NCBI GenBank assembly: GCA_965153455.1
Contig: OZ234493.1
Location: 31,424,213 to 31,488,212, forward strand
DNA from: Sphagnum compactum
Taxonomy: Eukaryota
Direction of reading: 5' to 3'
DNA length: 64,000 nt
Numbering within the stretch: position 1 is the stretch's first letter; every line of letters begins with the position of its first letter. Shown here piece by piece: positions 38,701-52,899 of this stretch. The position numbers and the translations under genes are program-made. The notes beneath the pieces are model-generated. The model saw nothing but the letters and a program-made list of their open reading frames with translations, was not told where the DNA came from and ran no database searches.

Positions 38701-41700
38701 ATATGCAGGTGTCAACATGATTCCCTTGAAGACTGGCTGTCAAACATCAAAGAAGTAGGGAGCCACAATTCTAAGTATGGAGCTTTTGAAGGAGGTCCAC
38801 TCTGTTCTAAAGTCATTTCATACAGTTTTTGTTTTCTCTCTTCCTCTTTTTTTGTCTTTTTCAATTTTCCCCTTTATTCTTTTGGTCCCTTCTCTTATTG
38901 GTTTCTTTTTGGCCTTTCATTGCTGTTATGTGTGTGTGCTAGCCATCATCACAGCTTAGACTTGTATCTTTATTTTAGGGTTTGACAAAACTCAGTTTGT
39001 AGATTGATGTATGACATTGGCCTATACCTACTGTTGGGAACTAACGAATTTGCTGGGGTAGTTAAAGTAGTTAGTCACTACCATACATGTTTCTCTTGAG
39101 GGAAGATGTGAAAGACCATTGCTAGTGTTCACTCTCAGTTTTTGTTCTTTTCTGTACTTTTGAGTTGGCTGTTTCTCTTCTCTTCATCCTATTGCTGTTA
39201 TGGTCTTTTTTGTTTAGTCTGTAATTTGTTACCCATCTCACAATTTTTATTCAGGCTGGCTCAGAGAGTAATTATACAAAGGGTTCTTGATAGGTAAATA
39301 ATCTTTGAAGTCAGACATCAGCGGTTCAAGTGTTTAGTATATGAAGGCGTATATTTTGACAGCAGGGGAGGAATTACACTCATTTTGGAAATTGTGTATG
39401 ATGATTTGCTGTATCATAATGCAGATCTTGAATTGAGCTTATTGCATCTAGGAAGATAATGTTAAGTGCAAGACAAGGCAATCAGTACATCAATTGATCA
39501 GTTTAATTGCAGGCTGGAAAAGGTGGAGAATTAACGAATGATGAGACTACAATTATTGCTGGAGCTTTGGAGTTGACGGAGAAGACAGCTTCTCAAGCAA
39601 TGACTCCAATTAAAGATGTATTTGCACTGGATGTGAATGCAAAACTAGACCTGTATGTAATCTTTCATGGCATGCCTCAAATTAATTTCTCAGAAACACA
39701 TGGAGACTTTTTGTTATGTGACACATTGCCCATTGTATGCCCACAGTTGCTAATGTTGCACACTATGTCCTTGGCATGTTCAGTTGTGGGTGAGGTCTTT
39801 ACCATTTACTTTCCACACCCTATTATGTTTACTGGTGTGAAACTGGCTGGCAGTGGTTTACATTAAATAACCACTTGTTCCAATCCAAAGTAAATCCATT
39901 GCATCATCCATCTGGTAGTAAGGTATGTTGAAGTAGGTCACAAGACTGGTCAACTTGGGTATGGAAACTAGCTTCTCAGGTGGTGGGTATGCAGTTTCAT
40001 TGTATTTCCTAGGTCATCAGGTTAGTAGAAAGTTGAGGATAAAACTACCATGCCACCAGGTGGGAAATGGGGCATGTCTTTCAATGCAGCCAAGAGAAGT
40101 CTCTTGCAGATAATCTTTACCTATGATGGAAACAGACACCTAGAAGAAGCTAATACACCAGCATGTTTGGCTCAATAATGTGTCTATATGGCACTTGGCT
40201 ATAGTGTGATGACTCAAGTCTTAGTCCTCCCTGGTCCTGTGAGGCATACATATTTTGCAGGGAAGGTTGTCTTTCTTTTCAACAAGAAGAAATTTATGAG
40301 GCATTCTGCAACATAAATTAAATGCAGGTTTCAAGTGCTTTTTGTATAAACTTGCTCTCTAATCCCAGCTTTTGGTATATTGCAGCGCAATGATGCAGAT
40401 GATAATGGAAAAGGGCCACAGTCGGATTCCAGTGTATGCAGGAAGTGTGACTAATATAGTTGGCCTTATTCTGGTAGGGTATTATCCTTTTCCATCTGCA
40501 ATGAGAAATTCTTAGTTGATTTATGACCAGTTATGCCTTGGTAAGGATACATGTGTTAAAATTGTACGTCATAACTTTACTAGATGTGTACAGCAATTAA
40601 GATGTACAAAGTGGGTGGCCACCATCCAACTCCTTGATGAAGAAGTAGAAGGAAGGTGCTTTATTGTTCGCTGATGAAGTCAGTGGGGAAGTTGTGATAG
40701 TTAAGTCACTATCTTACATACTACTGTTGATGGTCCCTGAACAGGTGTGAGACTGGCACTTTTGTTCATACCGGTGTGTGTTTTTCGTTTTTTGTTTTGT
40801 TTTTTGTCTCCCCTTGTTTCGTTCTTTCTGTGGCCTCCTGAGGAAGTGTTAGCCTTGCCGTTTCTTCTTCATCGTGAGAATGGAGATTTCTCTATTCTTA
40901 TGAAAGATATTTGTTGTTCACCCTTATGGGCTGTTAGCAATGTAGATCTGTATCAATCTAAGGGCCATCTGAGCTTCTGCCCTGCAAAGTTTGGGATATT
41001 TTGAGCTTGAAATGCAGGTATTTGCAGATGTTTTGTTTTGACTGGAAAAAGACTTTCTTGTGGTGCACTTCCAGGTCAAGAATTTGCTGACTTTTCATCC
41101 TCAAGAGGAGACGCCTGTAAGAAACTGCACAATTCGAAAGATTCCCAGGTAGCATCTCTAACCAATTTTTCACATCTTCTATAAGAGTCAATTGGACTCT
41201 AGTAAGAGCAATTCCTTGAGAGTTTTGAGTACATTGGATGAGGAATTGGAAACAGATGGTATCCCTATTGCCAGTTCCATGTAGGTCCTAGGCCCTGTCA
41301 GATTTTGGACATCTTTTGGGACCACCAAAGAAACAGTGTAGTGCACAGGCTTCTGCACATGACTGCTCTTTACTGCGGAAAGAATCTGAGGAGTTTGGGA
41401 CTCTGAATGATTTTGGGTGGGAATGAAGTGCTTGCAGAGTTCCCAAATGGGGCTGTTCTGTGAAGTACATGTCATGATTTAGCATAAAAATGTTCCCTTT
41501 ATGGATGATTCATCTGGAATGCTTACCAAATGTAATGTGGTTGATGCTTCTCAGCATCAACCTTACCCATGGCACACTGGTGTTAATAAAATTCCAGCTC
41601 TAGATGTGTGCATCCATTTATAGGTTTTTGTGTGAATTGATCAGGGTTCCTGAGGGGGCACCTCTGTATGACATCCTGAATGATTTTCAGAAAGGACACA

Positions 41701-43138
41701 GTCACATGGCTGTTGTTGTGAAATATAACAAAGAGAAGGCTGATTCTTTAAAACAAAATTGGGAGCAGTCAAAGCTGGATCGAAGACTTGGCAGCCAAAA
41801 ACACCCACCAAGGAACTTTGATTCCAACTCTTCTAAGGGTATCTGGTCATACCTATGAGCCACATTCTGTTATTTGTGGTGAAAACAAGTCACAGACTTT
41901 TGGATCTGTTGTTGAAAAGATTTTCCAAATTATCTTTTGGTTTCAGCTGGGCAAAGTAGTTGATGTCTGACTTTTGATGGCTCATGCTTCTCTCTAATGC
42001 TTGTTTTATGGTTGTGGAAAAGGTACAGTGCAAAGGATACAGGTAGAAAATCAAGGAGTAATCAGTGATCATGGTGGTCTTTTGCCTAAAGATGTTACGT
42101 CAGCAAATTCTACCACTCCCTTCAACACAGCTCCAGTCATTAAGTCAGAGGAAGGCAGTGCAGGTGGCCATTTTCTCAGCCAGCGCACCAAAAAGTGGGA
42201 GCAAACTGGAACTAGGAATGTGTTGGAGATAGGAGATGAAACACTGACAAACTTTCCAAATGATGAGGAAGTGATTGGAATTATAACTATGGAGGATCTC
42301 ATTGAGGAGCTCTTGCAGGTTAGTGAATCCTGCCTGCTAAACTGGATTCAAGATAGTGAAACTTGCTGAGATCTCATGACTATTCATTCTTGTGCATATA
42401 GGACAACTTGGTGTTGTTTAACTGCAAATGCTCTCATGTCTAATTTGTATCATTACTGCTGGTGAATTCAGCATTCTGGTATCTATGGTTATTCTGTGAT
42501 CTGAAGTTGTGAATTTTTTTGGGTGATTTGTTGCAGGAGGAAATCCTGGATGAAACAGATGAGTATGTTGACATTCACAACAAGTAAGATTTGTCACCAG
42601 AAAATTCTTGAAGTTATTTCTAGCCTGTTTGATTCTTTGGGTGACTTAGCTCCAAGAGAAGTGTTGTAGGGAATTTTTTGTGGACTGAAGGTGAAACTGC
42701 TTCCTATGAGATGAAAAAGGTACAAGTGCAAACTGGTTAGCTTTTCTTTTGTATTTTCCAGTAGGTATTTCATGCTATGTATTCTGACAATCTTGCAGGA
42801 TTAGGGTGAATCCGGTGGGAAAGCCATTACTGCCTGTATCACAACCAATGCCAACAGGTGTGCACATGCATATATACCAGGGCCATTGTGCACTCTTGTG
42901 CACATCATCTTATAGTGTCTACCAAATTTACTCAACCATTGTTGTCACTGAATCCTTCCCCTTTTTTGAAATTGAGTTATCCCTTGAACCTATAAGCTGG
43001 TAATATATATATATGATTGATTGATGGTTGTGCCATGGGTTATGGAAATCTGTAAGGTTTGATGTTGTGTTTTCTTGTGGTACAGTGCAGGGTATAGGCA
43101 GTGAACTGAAGAGTTTTCAGATGTCAATAGACAGCTAA
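35788..43138 (+). CDS. DUF21/CNNM-CBS domain membrane protein (plant MGR/ACDP-like putative Mg2+ transporter)
   Basis: Exons 35788-35962, 36617-36693, 36986-37069 (GC donor), 37585-37698, 38054-38140, 39513-39652, 40386-40473, 41075-41148, 41645-41838, 42023(or 42029)-42318, 42537-42583, 42799-42857 and a last exon from ~43086/43091 with uncertain end (~43104 or 43138). Motifs: [108 protein letters not shown]. Confidence 0.93.
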
Positions 43139-44790
43139 CATTCAAAACTAGGAGGAACCAGTATGCACTGAACCATACCAGTATGTGATTCAACCATACC
43201 AGTGTTACACTGGCTTTATTTCCTTCTCCAAGGAAAGCTGCAATCCTCTCTCTAAGCCCTTGCCATGAAAGCAAATGAGAGGCCCTCCAGGTTTGAAACC
43301 AAGACTTCAACCTTACCACTGGGCCTTCACCTGATGGGTTCAATTTTACAGGCATTTTGTTTTTCATAATCCATTGCAAAAATCTGACCTTTTTGCAGTT
43401 ACTAAATGGCTAGTCCTCAAGCTTCTTGAGTCCTGCTGGGTTATGTAAGTATTCTAAGTTGGTGCAAGTTGGGGGGGAATCGATAGTATTTTGAGTATTT
43501 TGATGCACAGCCTTTGAAGTTGCACTGTGTAGAGACTTTTGTTAGCAACACATTGCAAGCATGGAACAGTCAAACCATGAATATATATACCTATACATAT
43601 TTTGTTACAGTTTCATGGTTTTCTTTCTCTTTTTTTAAACCTGTCAATTGTTCTCTTCAGCTAAAGATATAAAGAGGCGGGTGTTAAACTATTCATATCT
43701 GCCCTTATAAATATGTGTATCTAGATCTAACTGATCTAATTCAATAATTATAATATTCCCACTAAGTTGACTAGCTAGATATTGTATTTTTCCTCTATAT
43801 ATTCCTCAAGCTTTTCCTTAGCTCCTGTTGCTATTTGGCACCAAGGATGTTTGTCCTTTGGCAGGCGTTGTGGTGTGAAGATATTTGCTAAATCTCTTCA
43901 GTCCAACAGTGCCATCACCACTTCTTTAGATGCTTACCTTTTCACTCCTTTCCCCAAATGTAGGGTAGCATGTGTTTGGTGTACACATGATACTCGGGAT
44001 TAATAGCAAGGGGAATTGCATTTTGTTTATCACATTTAGTAATTGTAGATTGTTCAAGTGCGTTCCTCTCACATTTGCAAGTAGTGTTCAAAGCCAAGTT
44101 GTTGACTCTTTCCTTGTATGTGTTGACACCATGTCCATAGCTTTTGTGCATGAGAAACCAATGGTGTTTTGCCTCTTGTTGCTCCAACTTATTGCTCATC
44201 TTGGCAACTTCAGAAATTATCCATTATTAGATCTTAAATCGGTCGCATCTCCAACACAAATAGAATATGTTAAGAGTCAACAAGCTTGATATGGTTTTCT
44301 TTAAATGGACTACCCTGATTACTTGTGCTAATGTTCTTTGTACGCATCTCATGATACATTTTAGAGTTGTTGAATGTTGTTCATCGGGTTTTGAAAGGTG
44401 GTAAGAAACAACTCCCATAACAAAATTGATGTTTGGCCTTTGTGCTTAGCATGGAATATGTGAGGCTATCAACAACCAACTAGTAATGCACATGGTTCTT
44501 GTCTTCTTTAGCTTGTGTTAGTTTCATTCCTACCTTAACAGGCGGTGTGTCACCCTATGGCCGTGCCATTTACATTAGAAGGTATCTTAAGGCAAAAGAA
44601 GAACTACGAAAACTCAAATATTTCACCATGAAAAAATTTCAATAGAATCTTCAAAAAATCCTCTAAAAGAAACCAAAATCCTTCAAGATATGATAACTCT
44701 ATAACTAATCTCAAGTTTGAACAAAAGCCAAAATATCATCTTTCAAAAATTGTCGTTTAAAAATAGACCTATTACCTAGGGGCCAAAATC

Positions 44791-44865
44791 CCTTAAGCTA
44801 TTATGCTCTATAATGAATATAAACACCATATCCTTGCCTTGGTAGGCACGGCCAACAAAGACTAC
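44791..44865 (+). mobile_element. Helitron-like 3' terminus fragment
   Basis: ATATCCTTGCC-TTGGTA-GGCACGGCCAACAAAGACTAC|T is nearly identical to 58822-58860: a hairpin followed by a CTAG-like end. Confidence 0.45.
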
Positions 44866-45899
44866 TAAAAAGCTTTTCATTTTTTCATGTGGTATTTTTT
44901 TACTAATTTAGTCAAATATTTGTTTGTTGTCATCCTAGTGACAACTAAGACAATATATCATAGGGATCCCATGTCGACTATCTTAATCTTTAGAGAATAA
45001 TTGTTTAACTTGTTTGCAATAATGATAAACCAATTTTAGTAGTGATTGTAAAATCAATATTTGAGGCTATAATCATAACATAGCCATATGCTCTCCTCCC
45101 TTTTCTAAAGGTATTTGTGTCAAGAGTGTTTTTTTGTGAATTTATCTTTCAATAAAATGGGACTCAATATGTTGGTACCATGTCCCTAGAGGAGAAAAAT
45201 TAATCTAAAGAAGTTTTCTAAAACTAACAAGCTTGTGAGAACCATGATATGGTTTTGTCCTCATGCCCAAGTATGAAACTAAATGCATGAATGTATATAT
45301 TGTACATTTGTGTGCTCAATTGAAAATAAAAATTTGTTGCTATTTATTGAACATGGGAAAACTATTAGGAAGTTTGAATGTTGTGATTCAATATCACATA
45401 AATTGGTCATCACATTATACATTTTGCCTACATGTCAAACATGACACTGAACATTAATTATTATTAGAATCCATAACATGAATGAATTAATTATGAAACT
45501 TATTTGACTTTGTAAACTAATTTGTCTCATTTTTAAAAGATGAATAATACTATTAATAACCACACACAAATTATTTGTTTTTATCCATAGTGAAATGCAA
45601 TTGATAGTATCATAATCATAATCATAATTTTTGACTTTCAAACCTAAATGTTATTGAACTATAATTAAATAATGTACATTAAGGTTAAATATAGGTATTA
45701 AATTCAATTACAATATAACTTTACACCTTTTTAATAATTTGAAAGAAACAAATCAAATTTGAAAGGTCAAAAAATTAAAAATTAAATTTTTGTTAACATA
45801 ACGTCCATTGCATTATTTTTACAAATTTTTCATTTTTTATAACCAAACACAATGTCCATAGCCTTAAACCCTAATACCTATGTTATATTGTTTAGGTAT

Positions 45900-46636
45900 A
45901 TTATTTTAGTTTATCTACCAATTATACTAACTATTATATGTCATAATAATTAACAGATAATAATATTAATTATTATAAGAATATCAGTAATAATATTCAT
46001 ATTTAAATTTATTATAATTTATAATCTTAATTTTATTATTATTATTATATGTTAGTTTTATTGTTTTTAATATTATTTCATTTGTTACAACTATTATTAA
46101 CTATAATAAGAAATACTGAATAATAATAAAATAATACTTTTAATAGGTATAATAAACATTTGATACATTACAATATGGCCTTAATATATTTCATTTATAT
46201 TTTAAATAAAATTTTAATATACTCAAAATGTACATATATACCTTTATTGTATGACTAATATATTTAATATATTTTAAATACAAGTTACAAATGATTTAAA
46301 TACACCCATTATACATACCCCCATTATGTATACACTTGTACATTTTAATATGCCTTAATATCATTATAACATTTTTTATAGAACCTAATATATTCATAGT
46401 GTAATATATTCATTTTGGTCACATTTGTAATTAATGAGCCATGCATGGTGTTTCGTGGATGAAGACCAAACAAAAAGTTGTCCTCTTGGAAGGATGAAAA
46501 AAAAATCATGAACTCATTGTGATGTAGTCTTAAACATAACAAATAATTGCAAAAATGATTAAACTAGTTGTAAATAACATTTAGTTGCATTTAGTCATGA
46601 ATAAAATGATTACAAAACCTCATATTTCTTCTAATG
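45900..46636. mobile_element. AT-rich fragment related to the 11.5-13.6 kb insertion (CACTA-like end)
   Basis: Similar to 13000-13627 (AAAATTYTAATATRCTCAAAAT, GGAAGGATGAAAA, AATAAAATGRTTACA); ends TTCTAATG, a degenerate TTCTAGTG. Confidence 0.4.
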
Positions 46637-49078
46637 CAAAAGCACCACCCTTCAGTCTTGCCAACACAAGTTGTGACCATTGTATTCTTAATCTATTTCA
46701 TGCTTAATTTGCATCAATACAAAATTCCTTGTTTGTCAAATCCATAAATTTTTGTCACATGTATCTTTTTTTTGCCCCTTGATAATAGGTTGAAAAATTT
46801 GTGTTAATAAGTAATGTACAAGGGTATTGATAATAATAAATGTTTTTTAGTGGTTAATTGTAATGATTTGCCAAGTGTTGAATCATTCGCATTTTTTCCT
46901 TTTTAATATTTTTATGCATACATTTTATCATGTTTATAGGTGGGGATGAAGAACAACTTCATGTTGGATGTGTGAAATATTTAATGATGTTTATATACAT
47001 GGTGTTAATAAAGTTATATTAACATCTCATATTAAAAAGAGAAAACATAAAAATATTTTTTTATTGTTTACATTATAATAAGTTCAAATTCAATTAGTTG
47101 AATAAACATCACAACATATTGCAAGTTGATAACATGTGTTATTGGAACTCCAATTGATTTTGCAACTAATGAAGAAAACAAGTAATTAAATGACCTACAA
47201 TGATTACAATGACCTAGAATCAAAAAGAAAAATCAAATAGAGAAAATTACATTTGCAATTTTTTAAATTAAAAAACGCATAATTTATACATTGTTGTATC
47301 ATAGAAAAAAAAATGTTTCACAAAAGGTAACAATAACAAGTTTTAGTTCAAATTAATGAGAACAAAATCGAGCTTGACTTTTGAAATCAAAACCAAGTTT
47401 AAGTTTTGGATTCAAAATTCTATCTTATTTATTTATGAATCCATACCCAAAATCAAACCCTAATTCTAATTAAATGTGGAATCAAAACCAAAAGTTTTGG
47501 GGGAAAATTTTTAAACCGGTGATTAATCGAAGGTTACTTAATGACATTGTCATGATTCATAACCATTCTCCCACTTTTAACAAGTCATTTAACCAATACT
47601 AGAAATAGAATTTCCATTGCATGCTTCAAATAATGTTATTTTCTTAACATGTTTTCAAGTGTGATGCAATCAATTATGATGAATATTTTACTACCATATC
47701 CTTTTGTGTGTAACAAAATAATTACTAACAATGGCAATAAACAAAAATGAAAGCAAAAAAAAATCAACAATTCATGGAATTTTTTTCAAGCTTTTATCTT
47801 TTTGCAATGAAATGAATGTTGAAGAATGCATTTATTGGCTACAAATCCTTCAATCATAACTTCTTTTAGGTTTTGTATCAAATTTCTTCAAATGTGTTTA
47901 TTGTCAACAAAAAAAATAGCAAAGTCTATCTATGTCAAGACTAGATTGGTGAAGGTTGTGTGATCCATTCATTTTAAATATGGCATTATATCATTTGCAC
48001 AAGTATTTCAATTATCATTTTCAATTTAGAAACTTCATTATGGATTAATCTCAAGCATTCTAAATACAATATAACAATGTATCCATTCTTTGAAGGTGTG
48101 AGAGATTTTAAATTATCAAATTTGTGTGTGAAATTTGAAAGAAATAATCTTTTCATGTCAATTTTTATGTTAATAAACATTGTTGATTTTGGATTACACA
48201 CTAATTGAATCAAAGATTAAAATTATTGTCCTACATTTTTTTTATAAAATATTACATTTCACAATATAATTTTATTTTTTTACAAAATTGAAAATAAATT
48301 TGGAATAGAAGAGGGTGGCAATTAAAATCAAACATTTTTTAAATAAAAAAACTGTAGTTCGCAACTTTGAGGAAATTATTACAAAATTGAAAGTAACTTG
48401 GCAACAAAAGGTGGTTGTCAGTGATTTTTAAATTTGACAAGTTGAACTTTGTTACACTTACTCAATTTCTTTATAGGTTGAGTGTTGACAAATTGATAGC
48501 TTCCTTGGCAAATGTGAAAAAAGATAATTAATTGAAAAGATAAAAAAATGAATTAACAAATGCCCAAATAGTTGTAGCCATGACCTAAAATCTACATGAT
48601 AAATACCATCAAGTTTTTGAAATGAAAAGAATATTCAAAAGTTTGGAACTTGATCCCCCTTTCAAAGATTTCAAATAACTTTGTTGCAAATATGAAAAAG
48701 AAAAAATACCAATGATGCCTAAATTTGGCCCAAATCTTAGAAAATTATTACAAGATTTGGTTGGTATCTCATAACTTTTTATATTCTCTTTACTGCATTT
48801 GATTTAAGGAGCTCATATATCCTCCTTTTTTGCTTACAAAATGTTGGTGCAATTTTTTTAAGAGATAATATGATCAATCAAGAATCTCAATTAATTTACA
48901 ATCAAACCAATTTAAGCTTTTATAACACTTTGATAAAAATAAAATAAAATAATAATTAATAATAATTTCGAACGAAGACAAAAAAACAAATCGATTAATA
49001 AAAAGATTGGAAAAAGATAAAAAATTTAAATGCAAAAGAAAAATAAAATGTGAAGAACCTAATAACAATGTTCAAGCT

Positions 49079-51780
49079 TGTTAACCATACCTTTGTAAGT
49101 GTTAATATATAATTACAATATGTAAATATTAATTAATTAATTTTTTATTATTGTTATTTGACCTTTGTAAAGATTAATTTTATAAATGTTAATTAACTAG
49201 TTAATAATTATTACGTTACTTTCTACATAGTTAGGTATAATTACTTTAGTTGCTAATTAGTGCTCCATATTTGAACTAGTGTTAAGTAATTATTATAATT
49301 ACTAGTAAAAACCACCTAGCCTTTATAAGGAGGTGAGTTTGAATCTTTTGTATTCTTTGTTCATTTGTAATAATGCATGAAAGTTTACATTGTTATCTTT
49401 TGAATTTGAATCTATACATTGTCTCTAGTTTGAAAATGCATGCATAGGAATAATGAGGTTCTCGTATATATGTCTTTCAAAAATGTATACATTGTTTATG
49501 AACCTTTGGTGACCATCTTTTGGGCTAGGATTCAAAGTTTTGTTTATCTCCATGAGAGGGGTGATCAAAATTAAAGAACTATAGGAAACCCTATACATTG
49601 GTAATTTTTTACACCATTTTTTGGACTTGAAGTTTTTCCATTTATATTTATTTTATAAAGAGGGAATTTTCTATGTAATTCTCGAAGTTCTGATCATGGA
49701 AACAAAGAGTTTAAAAAAAAAAATTGATCTAAGGATTGTACATCCAAGTTTAAAGAGGGAAAATTTGGTTAATATTTTTTAATTGATGTAAAGATGGTGT
49801 CTCAAGATTAGAAAAATTATTGTTTAATATCAATTTTTTGTTTTAAATTGGATTTAATATGTTTTGATTCTAGTTACAAGATTTTAAAAACTTGATGAGG
49901 AGTGCCTAGTTACAACATTACTATAACAAAATGTGACAAAAACAACTTGCCAAAAAAAAAAACAACAACAGGTGTATTTCAAACCAAGATCGAACTCCGT
50001 AATAATTACAAATGCCATTGTTGACGATCATAGAAAAACATGGCTTAAGGGAATTGACACCTTTATCATTCCTAAATTTTTCCTTATGTGCATTAAAGGG
50101 AAGGGCTATAATTATAGTACCATAACTAAAGGAGGCATATACCACTTGTGTCAAATCTCAAAATTGATAGAAAGTGATCCAAATCCATAGAAGACATGTT
50201 GATCTACTAACTAAAGACAATTCGACATTTTTCTATGTTTCCAAATGTCTTTACAAGATGTTGCATCTTAAAAATTGCTCATATAAGTACTTTTTGAACA
50301 TTCCACATCATTGGCTTATAGGGTTTTGAAAATATTATGCAATAATGATCATCATCTTGCAATGACACAATGTTGTGTCAACAGAAAGGATGACCATGTA
50401 ATTAACGATATGTTCATTACTATTTGAACATACATTGATGTAGGTGAACCAATGCCAATTAAATTACCACAAGAACATGGTCATTGTAAGGCACATATGG
50501 GGTCATTGTCTTTACCAATTGCCTTTCTCAAGAAACAAATATGTAAACAACACACACTAATGACACAAAATATCTACACCTTTCAAAATTGGTGTTGACA
50601 AACATGAATATGAGGTTCCTCTTGATTCAATCTCGAAGCATGTTAAACCACATTAAGATGAATACATAACTAAAGTGTAAAATTGATCATGTTCATAGAT
50701 TGTATTAATCAATGGTTATGTGGATGTGCATGGTGAAAAACTGGGTGAATTATGTGGTGGTTCCAAGGATGTGCACATTAACACACCAAAAAGTTCAAAC
50801 AATGATTTTGTGAATATGCAACTCAATCAAGTATTGAATGTACATAAGTACTTGCCTGAAGCATAAAATTACCCATGCAAATAGTTTCACCATGGCCAGA
50901 TGTTCATAGGGGTCCATAGTTTTAATGTAGCTTGGTAGGAATTGTAAACTACAAGTAAAGATTGTTGTAGCAAATCCATCGCAATAGATGCTTGTTGTAG
51001 TTAATGCATATCCATTCTCCCCTATGTTACATGATCTTTATTGCACATGGTACATTCTTGCTAAGGCACCAATGCATGATCCAACACATGAGATATGTTT
51101 TTTTAGTATATACCTAAAATCCCAATTTCAAACCATACAACAACCATAGTGACATCATAATTGACAAGAAATCCATAGGAGATTAGAGGAAATTCACAAG
51201 AAATCCATAGAAGAATCAGAAGGATAGATCATATCCATAGTCAAGTTTTTTTTTCCTACATTCATTTGGATGGAATTCAAAGCCTAGAACTGGTATTAGA
51301 TGAAAATTTTTAGACTAACGTATTGTTAGTTTTTAGAAATTTGTTTTTCCCATGGACTTATGAGAACATACTCTTGATTACAAAAGGGGTATTGTTAATT
51401 ATACTTTTGTAAGTGTTAATATAGAACTTCTATAAATATTAAGTAACTAATATTTAATTATTATAATAATTATAAATATGAACTTTTTAATTGTTAAGTC
51501 AAAACTTGTATAAATATTAATTAACTAGTTATTAATTAATATTTAGTTCTTGCTTAGTTAAGTAATTATTTTAATTATTAATAAGAATTATGTAGCATAT
51601 ACAAAGAAGTGAGTTTGAGTCTTTTGTATTTTTATTCATTTGTAATAACATGCAGGAGAGTTTGTCTTGTTATTTTTTGAATTTGAATCTATACATTGTG
51701 TTTAATTTGAATATGCATGCATAAAAATAATGAGACTTTTGTGTACATGTCTTTTAGAAATGTATATTTAGTTTATAGCA
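49079..51780 (+). mobile_element. Pair of ~400-bp diverged direct repeats (49079-~49503 and 51393-51780), LTR-like
   Basis: Both start TGTTAA..TTTGTAAGTGTTAATATA and share GTGAGTTTGA.TCTTTTGTATT, TTTGAATTTGAATCTATACATTGT and ATGCATGCATA. The second copy ends CA and is preceded by purine-rich AAAAGGGGTAT; TGG follows the first copy. No TSD or internal gag/pol was recognised. Confidence 0.45.
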
Positions 51781-52330
51781 ATGTGTACCCACACTTTCAC
51801 ATCATGCATTGAACTAGCCTATTTGATGTCAAAACCTTCAAAAATAAATTTGTTCATAACAATGTTGTGTAAAAAGGACAAAATGAAAGCCCTTCCTATT
51901 GTAATAGCTACAACATGGAATTTTGGTGCAATAATTGGTATGTGTGATTCATCTATTACACCCACAACATATGGTATGTCATGAAGTGATTCAAATTCAT
52001 TTGCAAATTCTTTTCACGATATAAATGAATTGTTTTATTTGGTGATTAGTTGACACTCCAACTCCATACAAGTTAACAATCATTTGCATATGATGTTTAG
52101 TTCATAATCTATTTTTAATAGGAATTGCACCACACATGTTTGAATCATGGTTTTGTAATAGTGTAGCAAAACTAAATTCAAATGGTACTTAGCTCAATTG
52201 CATTTGTAATATGAATTCTCACTCATTGAATGACCCCAAAAGATTATGATTGAAAAATCCTTATTACATGACATGAACCCACAAGCTTCATGGTCAACTT
52301 TTGCAAAATTTTTGGAGTCCTTGGATTGTA
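51781..52330 (-). pseudogene. PIF/Harbinger (HARBI1-like, DDE_Tnp_4) transposase relic
   Basis: The minus strand reads EFESLHDIPYVVGVIDESHIPIIAPK...YYNRKGFH...FDIK*ASSMHD, matching the GAIDGSHIPI, YNRKG and GSxHD motifs. Frameshifted and cut at 51780. Confidence 0.75.
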
Positions 52331-52899
52331 AGAATCTTATAAGAGACAATGTAACAAAACACTTGCTTCTCGCATTATGGATAGTGTATCAATGTGACAA
52401 ATAAAGATAATTGAAACAATAAAGCAATCACAAATTTCCGCACTTGAAGATCGGTCTTTTAAGTTTTGTAGTAGACCAAGGAGCAATGATCAACAAAAAA
52501 ATTCTTTTTTTGTCAAAGTTTGCTTATTTGTCTTGTGGTAATGTTTGTTGATGTCTTCTTAGAGACCCTAACGTAACATACTTTTGGCACTTGGCCACTA
52601 CTTATTGTGTGGGAGTCAAATTTGGCTTTCGATCTACTTGCTACCTTGAAGAGGCAAAACCTAGGTACTAACTCTAGTGAGGAACCTCCAAGTGATAGCG
52701 AATCATGTGGCATCACCCTTACACCAAAGCAAAGTTTCTTCCCTCAAGATGAAGCCAAAAACCAAATTGACAAGTGGGGGGTGAGTGAATTACTCCAATC
52801 CATGCAAAACTATATCCCAAATCCTACACATATGCAAATTGTCTTCACTCATAATGAAGTCAATAAATTTAACATGCAAGGTAAATGAATTGGAATGAA

